Origin: the human T2T-CHM13v2.0 reference genome, Homo sapiens
Assembly: GCF_009914755.1 (NCBI RefSeq)
Contig: NC_060935.1
DNA: 64,000 nucleotides
Strand: one strand, 5' to 3'
The translations under genes were made by a program, and so were the position numbers. The notes beneath the pieces were generated by a model, which saw only the letters and a program-made list of their open reading frames with translations, was not told the origin of the DNA and searched no databases. Within the stretch, counting starts at the first letter, position 1; each line of letters starts with the position of its first letter. Shown here piece by piece: positions 16,099-25,863 of the stretch.

Positions 16099-16729
16099 AG
16101 GTAGAGGATGAATAATGCAACCAACCAACGAGTCAAGTGCATGAAGTATCATTAGTTCTATAATGCTATAAATGAATAAAGGCATTGTCCCCCCCAATTA
16201 AAATATGTTCACCAAATCATCCAGTTTAACTAAAGTCAGAACTTTCTCGTCACTTAAAATGAATTGCCTTAATAATGGAGATATACGTGAAGATCAGCGA
16301 TCTGGGCATCTACAGATCGTGATCAAAAATATGGTTCAATTAAGCACTATATCATCTCTGTAGCTGCTTCAAATTATATGTCATATTTGCCAGGCTGTCT
16401 ATCAGCCCATAACGTGGTATTAGGGAAGTCTAAACAAAATCATATGATAAACATTTCTACCTTCAAATGCCAAAGAACTAGAACCTTTCATGATTCCTAG
16501 GTGTCCTAGAGGTCACATTTTTTAAAAGTCACATTATTGTGTTCATTACTTCATTTTTATGATGGTCACATAATCTATATGTCATTGATGCTCATAACCT
16601 CCTCAAAAAAAAGGAATTTCAAAACTTGAGATATCAGCTGTAGCCTCTTATAAGTTATCACTTAGCAGAAAATAGCATTTAGCAGAAGATAGCCCCAAAA
16701 ATCTTTCATTAAAGTCTTCACTTTCAAAG

Positions 16730-16945
16730 TCAGTTACATCTGGGTTCAAATTTTTGTGCTACCACTTGCAAAATTTTGCTCCACCATGACAAATGTGGGC
16801 TGTGTGACTCTCTGAGCCATAAATTCCTCACCGAGGAAATAGGAAAAATGATACCTGCTTTATAGGAGTGATAAGCAGTTAACTGATACACTGTATAAAG
16901 CATATATATGGCCTAGTACATTACATATAACAATTTCTAAGTAAA
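16730..16945 (+). mobile_element. MIR
   Basis: ctgggttcaaat...gctgtgtgactctctgagcc...ttcctca core. Confidence 0.65.
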
Positions 16946-19142
16946 GTTTTTCTTTCTTGATAGAATTAAAACATTTATGTTTTTCCTTTTCTGCCTTATA
17001 TTCCTCCTTCTTATCCAGGGATGGATTTTTCTAATCATCTCTAGGAACTATTTTATTCTAAGGACTAAATATTCTAGTCTAATAACTATTTTACCACAGT
17101 GACAAGGTAGGTAATAATACCGACTACAAATAAGAAATCAGAAAATGAAAGATCTGTGAGTCAATGGCAGACAAATTTAAACTACCACCATGAAGGAGAC
17201 CGGCAACTTCCCATAGTGAAAGAGTGTTAATAAAAAGGATCCTTTCCTCCAACTGAGTCCAAAAATAAATGCTATTTCAAAAGCTACTGGACAAACATTA
17301 ACTTGTCTCTGAGACTACTTCCTCCTAAAGCAGATGGCACCTGGAAGCACCAGAAGCCTACATTCTAGGTGTGGTATGACTTTACTCTCTTAGCCATGGT
17401 GCCTTAAGTTACACAAGAGCAGGCTTTTAAGAGTGCATTTAAAATGTAGTTTACAAGCTATTCAGGGAAAAAGAAAAGTGCACAATCTTTTGCCCTCATC
17501 TCAGCTATGTGTGTGTATGTGAATGGAAATGTAACCAATACGACAGCTTGATGTCACATGTATTTGCAGAGATTTTTATAAAAACACAGTAAGACATTTT
17601 TAAAATTATTACATTGATTTTACAAAAACAACTGTCATACCACACTGAGTCTACTATTTGGTCCTCCCAAGGTTACAGCTGCAACTCCTATCCGACCCTT
17701 CCCCTTCCACACCCATGCCTCCATTTTCCTGTAGGGCATCTCGGCAGGAACACCACCACGAGGTTGTGAAACCACTCTGCTGCCACATTTCCTCATGCCT
17801 CACTGCTGAATGCGTGAGAGACACTACATGAAATTGGGCCTTGCCCAGACCTCTTTGTTACATTTGTAAATAAAATCAGATCAAATCACAAAGATATAAT
17901 TGATTTAGGAGAGCCATGGTGCTATTCAGATAGGAAATATAAACAGAAGAGAAATGCCCTATGGTATCATAGTTTCCTTAAACAACACATCACTAGCTCA
18001 GTTTCTCAGAGTGAAAATGCTGTCACATACTCCCAAGGAAAAGAAGAGCTCATCCTTACACAAATTTGCTTTTAACTGTCAAAAGAAAATCCCAGAGAGA
18101 CGCCCACTGCCTTACAAGTAAATCTAGGATTACAGTACCAAATCTGTTATAAAAACAACAATGAAATAAGTTCCAAGTTGTTTCTTCCTTTGACAAATAC
18201 CCAAATAACTTCCATAATTTGAATACCAGGTCAAAAAGTTTTATTACAAGCAAAACAAATACTTCAGTCCTACTCATTGTTAGCAAGACACAAACCATAT
18301 TAAAAAGCAGAACATGTGACTAACAATTAGCATACCTTGGAAGGGAAGGGACTTACTCAAATTTGAAAGGCTAGATAAAATTATGGGAAAATGAGACAAA
18401 AGTTCAGACAAAAAATAATCATACGCTAATAATTCATTTTTATACTCTGAAAATTATTCTTTTAAAATTTTAAATATACTTCTCATTTATTTGAACCCCA
18501 GAGTAAAAAATTTAGTGAGGGTTATCAAGAGTTCCCAATATTCAATCCCTTCCATCATTTAACCTAAACTTTAAAAAATAAAATTTGTGGATAAAGAAAT
18601 CCTTTGACTCGAGAAAAGGAGAAACTCTTTTTCAGCATTAAACACAAAGACAGTATCTGATGAAAACAGTATATTCACCTATCCAAGTTCTCATAGGTAA
18701 ACTTATAAAAGATGTTTAATTGCACATGTGAGTGGCAGTGATAATATGCAGCAACAAACTTCAAACTTCATCAAGAGATTTTTGTGATACTCAAAGGTAT
18801 TACATCGCTAACTCTGAATGAAAAAGAAAAGCCAGAATAAAGCCCCCTAAAATTTGCAACAGTACAACAGAATGAATGAAACATTGGTTCTGTTTTCACA
18901 AACTGGTTAAGACATCTTTCTTCACCACAGACACTAAACTGAGAGCTGCTTCATCAGGAGGCATCCTCTAAAAACTTCAATTATGAAGTTACTAATACTA
19001 CCAGAGATTCAAAAACCAAGAGAGATTTGGGGGAAAGGGGGCATGAGATACAAGATCAGAGACAAGGGTAAAGATCAAAGCCACAAAATAACCAATCTGT
19101 ACTTAATCGGAATTTTTCATACCCATGCATAAGGCAAACAAA

Positions 19143-19187
19143 GCAGGCAGGCAGGCAGGCACGCACACACACACACACACACACACA
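19143..19187. repeat. (GGCA)n followed by (CA)n microsatellite
   Basis: Direct reading. Confidence 0.95.
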
Positions 19188-20678
19188 CCACATTCCAAGA
19201 AAAAGAGGAAGAAAAATCTATTAGATACAAATTCAGATCAAATCTATTTGATACAAATCAGATACAGGAAGGGGTAGTAGTTCATTATGAGTGTCTACTT
19301 GAAATTCCTGAAAGGCTACTACAAAACCTGTCTAACACCTTCTCCTCCTGGTGTTCTAACAAGTCCTTTAAAATGCATTTTACAAGTTCAGGGCAAGTTG
19401 TGGAATGAGGAGTGCTATATACAACTCAAAACCTGCTCCCTTTAGCTCCAAACCTTCCCCCAGAAAACAGAAAGTCTTATTGGAAAAAAGACCGAAATGC
19501 AGAGAAGAAAAAGGGGTGCGGGTGGGGGTAGGGAGTGGACAGGACAAAGGAACTGTGAATTCCATAATCACCTGAACTTCTCTTCCCTTTCTTCCTCTTC
19601 ACAGTCAGTCACCTGGATTATAACTTCAGACTCCAACCAGAAGACACTGTCATCCCCTAAAGTGCTACTCTCACTTTCAGTCTCCATCTTGTACTTAAAA
19701 AACAAAAAAAACTAAACCTCCAGGCATGGAATAAAAAGCACCAACATTCAGGTTGTTCAGCTCTACTCATGTATACTCAGATGTGTGTCTGGTGCCCTAG
19801 TGACAGGTACTGGTGCTGGTTTAATTACAGTCAGGGTACAGACAGGAAATCACAGGCAGCACAGTCACTGCGTCTGACTGCCATACTGGTGACACCTAGA
19901 CCCTCCCACTGCCTTAGGCTGCGTGACCTACATAACCAAAAGCAGAATCTAAATGAAGGTGATTTTTTACTAATTATTCTGTAATAATGACTCTTCTCAA
20001 AGTTTCCACTTAATAAGTTAAAAATAGGTATTTTCAAAATGCAGGCTTTATTTGTATCCTTTTTTGATCTCGGACTCCAGAAAGGTAAATAGAAAACTAG
20101 AAAGAATAACACCATCCACTGGCCAAGCACATGAGAAGCACAGTTATAGATCTCACAGTTAAGGAGGCTCACAATAAGTAGAGAAGATAAGTATGCTCTA
20201 GGGACCTGCCTAGGTTCATGCCTTCCAATATTACACCCATCTTTCCTTCCTCTCAGTAAGGACTGCCATATGCATCTCTGCTCAAGTATCCAGAGTGAGA
20301 CATAAAAGCTGGGCTTGTCCACAGTCCTTGAAAGAAAAAAGTTTAAGTGTCCCAAGTTCAAAGATGCTGACAATCACATCAAATAAAAGCATGCAAAGTT
20401 TTACACATTTAAACTGCAAACAGTCATGGTGGCAATAAAATGACTTGCTGGGAAATGAGTGAAAGGTATAGCATCTATGACTGTCAACAACACAACTGTT
20501 ACTTAGAAAAGAGCCATGTTGACAGAAACTACTGACCTGCTGGATATTCATGGCTATTTGTCTTTTACCAAGCAGCAACAAACTGCAAAGCCCTGACTTT
20601 CCACTGTATCTGATTTAATCAAAAATTAAGAAGACATCTACTGAAGTCTTCTTGAATTTTCATATTTGAAAAATAAAG

Positions 20679-20962
20679 AGCCAAGCACAGTGGCTCACGC
20701 CTGTAATCCCAACACTTTGAGAGGCTGAGGTGGATGCATCACTTGAGCTCAAGAGTTCAAGACCAACCTGGGCAACTTAGCGAGACCTCATCTTTATGGG
20801 GGGGGGGGCGGGAAACAGCCAAGTGTGGTGGTGCACCCTGTAGTCCCAGCTACTCAACAGGCTGAGGTGGGAGGATCGCCTGAGCCTGGGAGTTCAAGGC
20901 TGTTGTGAGCCATAATCACGCCACTGCACTCCAGCCTGGGCAACACAGCAAGACCCTGTCTC

Positions 20963-20978
<16 letters not shown>
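20679..20978 (+). mobile_element. AluJ with a G-run in place of the central A-rich linker
   Basis: Dimeric Alu with an A tail. The linker at 20798-20812 reads G11CGGG. Confidence 0.92.
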
Positions 20979-20993
<15 letters not shown>

Positions 20994-21270
20994 GCAGGTC
21001 CCTAGAGCATATAATATATATATTATATATAATATATATATTATATATAATATATAATATATTATATAATATATATTATATATAATATATAATATATGTT
21101 ATATAATATATATAATATATGTTATATAATACATATACAATATATATTATATATAATATATAATATATATTATATAATATATAATATATATTATATATTA
21201 TATATTATATAATATATATTATATATTATATAATATATATTATATAATACATATAATACATATATAAATT
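20978..21270. repeat. (TA)n/(TATAA)n AT-rich low-complexity array
   Basis: About 290 bp of almost pure A/T with one short unique island at about 20994-21009. Confidence 0.95.
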
Positions 21271-21289
21271 TTAAAAACTTTTCAAAAAA

Positions 21290-22150
21290 AATTTTTTAAA
21301 CCAAAAACAACAGAACAACATTATAAGCAAAGTCAAAATGCAAACAAGTTGAGAAAAAAATATTTGAAACATATCACAAAGGGTTAATTTATTTAATATA
21401 TAAAAAGTTCTTAAAAACTTCTAAGACCCAAGAGCTCAAAAGATAAATAGGCAAAGAGCAAAAATATAATACTCAGAGATAAACATAAAAGAAACTTAAA
21501 AGATGTTAAAAGTAACTTCACTGATAACAGAAATGTAAAACAATACATAATAAGATGACTTTTAAAAAATCTATCACATAGGCAAAGCTTTTAAAAGGTT
21601 TTAACAAACTGAAAGAGGACATGGGAAAAGAAACATGCCTGTCAGTGGGAGTTTAAACTGGTACAACCTGTGTTCAGGGCAATTTAGCAAAATCTACCAA
21701 AATTCAAAATGCACATCTTTTTGGCCCAGCAATTTCTCTTTTAGGAAATTATCTCACTTTCACAAGTAGAAGTAAGAGGCAAACAGGAACATTCATTCTG
21801 GTAGACATTATAGTAGCAAAATAGGATAGCAAAAACAACCTAACTTCCTGAGGAATAGAAAACTAGGCAAATTACAGAATACCCATAGAATGGAATGCTA
21901 CACAGTGAGTATATGAGAAAACAAGGCAGCCCTACAGGTCACAATACGGAACAAAGCCTAAGGAATACTGTTAAGGCAAAGAAGAAAGGGGTAAAAGTAT
22001 AGGGCAGTATGTGCAGTATGCTATGCTGCCATCTGTGTTTTCAATGAGGAGTTAGGAGAAACAAATGCAGACTATCTATGGAAGAAGAGGATCAGTACTA
22101 GTACCAGTAGTTGTCTCCACGGAGGAAAACAGACAGCTGGAGAAGAGGAA
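21290..22150 (+). mobile_element. L1ME ORF2-end/3'UTR fragment
   Basis: Degenerate motifs (gtgggagtttaaactggtacaacc, ttggcccagcaatttctcttttagga, atagaatggaatgcta). Confidence 0.65.
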
Positions 22151-22163
22151 TAAAAGAAAGACA

Positions 22164-22275
22164 CGCTTGAACCCGGGAGGTGGAGATTGTTGCAGTGAGC
22201 CGAGATCACGCCATTGCACTCCAGCCTGGGCAACAAGAGTGAAACTCCGTCTCAAAAAAAAAAGAAGAAAGAAAG
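22164..22275 (+). mobile_element. 5'-truncated AluS (3' part of the right arm)
   Basis: cgcttgaacccgggagg...caacaagagtgaaactccgtctc plus A tail, flanked by aaagaaaga. Confidence 0.9.
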
Positions 22276-22438
22276 ATAGTTTTTCACTATGTCATGCACA
22301 TATAATCCTTACCAAAATATTAACTAATTTTAAATAGAATCTTTCATGACCTTCAGTAAAGAATTGGATTTTTAAATATTATTTCATTAAGAATCTAGTT
22401 CTTTTTTTTCTAAACAACTCTAACTCCTTCAAAGTGTT

Positions 22439-22781
22439 GTTTTTTTGTGGGGGGGGGGGGGTTGTTTTGTTTTGTTTTGTTTGTTTGTTGAAACAGGGTC
22501 TTGTTCTGTCACCTAGGCTGGAGTGCAGTGGCACGATCTCGACTCACTGCAACCTCCACCTCCCAGTTCAGGCAATCCTCCTGCCTCAGCCTCCCAAGCA
22601 GCTGGGATTATAAGTGTGTGCCACGACACCTGCTAATTTTTGTTGTTGTTGTTGTATTTTTAGTAGAGATGGGGTTTCACCATGTTGGCCAGGCTGGTCT
22701 CGAACTCCTGATCTCAAGTGATCTGCCTGCCTCTGCCTCCCAAAGTGCTGGGATTACAGGTATGAGCTACTGTGCCCGGCC
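22439..22781 (-). mobile_element. AluS with a G13 run (C-run in Alu sense) in its tail
   Basis: Antisense dimer. TSD tcaaag[t/c]gtt at 22429-22438 and 22782-22791. Confidence 0.93.
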
Positions 22782-23000
22782 TCAAAGCGTTTTCATGAAT
22801 CCTATTCACCTTTTCTTTTAATCATTCTTTTGTTCTTTCATTATGATGGTTGATTTCCCTCACTTCGAGCCTTTCAAAAGTGAAAACGTGAACTGTGAGT
22901 GGTATTTTTACACAGAATACTGAAGGACAGTTAAATGTGCACATCTTCCGAGGCTTGTTCTGTTTTGACTCTGCCATCACAAGTTTTTTAAAAATGTTTT

Positions 23001-23234
23001 TCCTGCCTCAGCTTCCCGAGTAGCTGGGATTACAGGCACCCGCCACCACACCCGCCTAATTTTTTATTTTTAGTAGAGAAGAGGTTTCACCATGTTGGCC
23101 AGGGTGGTCACAAACTCCTGACCTCAAGTGATCCACCCGCCTCGGCTGGAGGTTGCTGTGAGCCGAGATCACGCCATTGCGCTCCAGCCTGGAAGACAAG
23201 AGCGAACCTCCGTCTCAAAAAAAAAGGAAAAAAA
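23001..23234. mobile_element. Rearranged AluS: inverted 5' part (23001-23146, minus) fused to a sense 3' end and A tail (23147-23234)
   Basis: The two pieces cover non-overlapping parts of the Alu consensus. Flanks aaaaa[t/a]gttttt at 22990-23001 and 23229-23240. Confidence 0.88.
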
Positions 23235-23740
23235 GTTTTTAAATTCAAAACCTACATGTGTTTCTGTTTTCTGTTCCCTTCTCCAGTAGTAAATGAAAAT
23301 CCAGCGGAATCAACAGGTGATGGTTAACAGCGGGGGCAGGGATGGAACACAGCCGAGTCCATCACTCTGGCTACCAGTGTGTGAGAGAGACTAGATACTG
23401 CTGAAGACCACAAGGTGGTTTTAACTCCTTTTCTTCCTGATTTGTTTAAACCCTGATCAGCCTTCACTTTCCCAACAAGCTTTTATAGAGCTGAAGTCTT
23501 TGACTGAAACCACAGGAGTCACCAGCAGTAATTTCGAACTAGCTGGTTCTCATCTTCTACCTCCAAGAGGTAGGGAACCTGAGGGGAAGGGAAATAGCTA
23601 ATCCCACAGCAGCAAAGAGAGAAGCATTCTTACAGCAACAATTTAAACACTGCAAGTCAGAATGAATTTTTTCGAAGAGAAACATTGTTAAAAGTGCTGA
23701 CTTTCCTAGTAGCAGTGGTAAGTAGTAATAATCACAGCAA

Positions 23741-24091
23741 CAGAGTTGGCCCACAGGTTCCGTATGCATGGGTTCTGCATCCATGAATTCAACCTCTTGG
23801 TTGAATCAAAAATACTCAGGGAAAAAAGAGGGATGGTCCTATCTGTATTGAACATGTACAGGCTTCTTCTTGTCATTATTCCCTAAACAATACTGTATGC
23901 CAACTATTTACATAACATTTACATTGATAGTTATTATAAGTGATCTAGAGATGATTTAAAGTATGAGAAGATGTGCATAGGTAATACGTAAATACTACAA
24001 CATTTTATATAAGTGACTTGAGTATCTACAGATGTTGGTATCCACAGGGTGTCCTGGAAACGATTTCCCCATGGATACCAACTGATGACTG
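23741..24091. mobile_element. MER2-type TcMar-Tigger non-autonomous DNA transposon
   Basis: Degenerate TIRs (ccgtatgcatggg / cccatggatacc...ctg) and a typical interior (cattattccctaaacaatac, tctagagatgatttaaagtat). Confidence 0.8.
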
Positions 24092-24094
24092 CAT

Positions 24095-24245
24095 ATGCTG
24101 AGCACTGACTCTATATGCCAAGCATTGGATTAAGGCCCAAACATAACGAATTATATAATTCTCCCAACCACCTCATGAGGCAGGAGCCATCATATTACAG
24201 GTGAAGAAACTGAGACTTAGCATCATAATTTCTCCAGGATTATCC
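24095..24245 (-). mobile_element. MIR
   Basis: ttacaggtgaagaaactgagacttag core in antisense. Confidence 0.7.
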
Positions 24246-24277
24246 AGTTCATAAACTTGCATTAAAAATACTTTTCA

Positions 24278-24567
24278 GGCCAGGATCAGTAGCTGATGCC
24301 TGTAATCCTAGCACTTGAGAGGCCAAGGCAGGGAGATCACCTGAGGTCTGGAGTTCGAGACCAGCCTGTCCAACACGGTGAAAACCCGTCTCTACTAAAA
24401 ATATAAAAATTAACCTGGCTTGGTGATGCATGCATGTAATCCCAGCTACTTGGTAGGCTGAGGCAGGAGAATAGCTTCAGCCTGGGAGGGAGAGGTTGCA
24501 ATGAGCCAAGAGCGCGCCACTGCACTTCAGCCTGGGTGACAGAGCAAGACTCCATCTCAAAAAAAAA
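24278..24567 (+). mobile_element. AluSx-like
   Basis: Full dimer. Exact 15-bp TSD taaaaatacttttca at 24263-24277 and 24568-24582. Confidence 0.95.
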
Positions 24568-25784
24568 TAAAAATACTTTTCAAAAATCCAAACCTAACCA
24601 CACCATATGAAATGTTACTTCTGTGGGAAGACTATATGGTTTGCATTTTGGTCCACATTCCACTTATTAGCCTAGACGTCTCTGATCTCACAGTTTTTTA
24701 TTTTCTCCTTTTTGGGGGATGGGCCATGATACTGCTGAAATGCTGACCTACATCTAATTCTATATCCAATACCCGTTATCTACATGGCTGAATGCAGTAT
24801 ACATTTGGGTTCACTATCAGGGGAGGGGTATGGACAGGATATCACACAGCAAAACAATAGCAAAGCAGTAGAACCAAGATCTTGATGCTCTGACATCGTT
24901 GTTCCTGTTCTCCCATCATAATAATTGTTTTTTTCAAAACTGTTCAATACAGTGCATGGCACATAGCCAAGGGGTCAATAAATGTCTCCTTAATTGGGCA
25001 CCAAGCTTTGTCCACAGACTGCTTCATGAATATGAATATAAATATAAATATAAAATTTCTCAGAAAATTTTGTATTCTAAATGTGAATAATGTGTGCTCT
25101 GTGTAATATATATGTATGTATCATATAATTGTATCAGAAAGAAAAATTAAGCAAGAATCCTTCTAAAATATTTCCAATGACTGAAGATTTTCCTCCAAAT
25201 GTATGGAGCACAATATATATAATGTAAAAATGTCATTCATCATTATTCATTTTTATACTATCTATACATTCATTCAAAATTTAGATTTTTTTATAACAAT
25301 CATTTTTGTAGGCGTTTCCTCCACTGAAATAATTAACTTTGAAAAAACAACTCTTTCCTTCTTTATTATGGAACACTGATGTATTCTGGATCATTATATA
25401 TACATTGACATTTGGTTTAATTCACAATGGTATCTAAAGAGGAAACAATTCTTATGCATACTATGGCAACTTTATTTCATGAAAATATCAAAAATAAAGA
25501 ATCCAGTTAATTTAATATGATTCTCTACAGGTAACTTTAAACATAACAGAAAAGGTCTACTTGAATAGAAAACTGACAATTTCATGTTAGAGCAGATTTT
25601 GCTTCACTAAACACATGTATTCAAAGGGAGATCTAACTTTCAACTGTTCATAGAAGCTAAATGATATTTCTATAAAAAAGTTAAAATGGCTATCTTAAAA
25701 TACATCATCACCATTGCAAGGATATATGAATAAAAATCACTTTCAAAAAGCTGTTCTTATAAAACCAGAAAAAATAGAAATGGA

Positions 25785-25858
25785 GGTACTGTATTTTGAA
25801 GTCAAACAAGCTCAGACTCAAATATCAACTATGTCATTTACAAATAGTGTGGTCTTAG
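25785..25858 (+). mobile_element. MIR 5' part, split by THE1 and resuming at about 28167-28310
   Basis: gaagtcaaacaagctcagactcaaat...tagtgtggtcttagacaag, continuing as caacttaaattgagtctcagtttc after the provirus. Confidence 0.7.
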
Positions 25859-25863
25859 ACAAG

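Noticed and set aside
17080-17112. 7-nt + strand microexon (cacag|TGACAAG|gtaggt)
   Set aside because: Weak pyrimidine tract and non-triplet length; such matches are expected by chance.
19831-20373. 180-aa minus-strand ORF
   Set aside because: Non-ATG start, no recognisable domain and no bounding splice sites; probably chance, although the region is unique sequence.
25510-25536. Recursive splice site (tctctacag|gtaact)
   Set aside because: On the strand opposite the inferred host, and the motif alone is too common.
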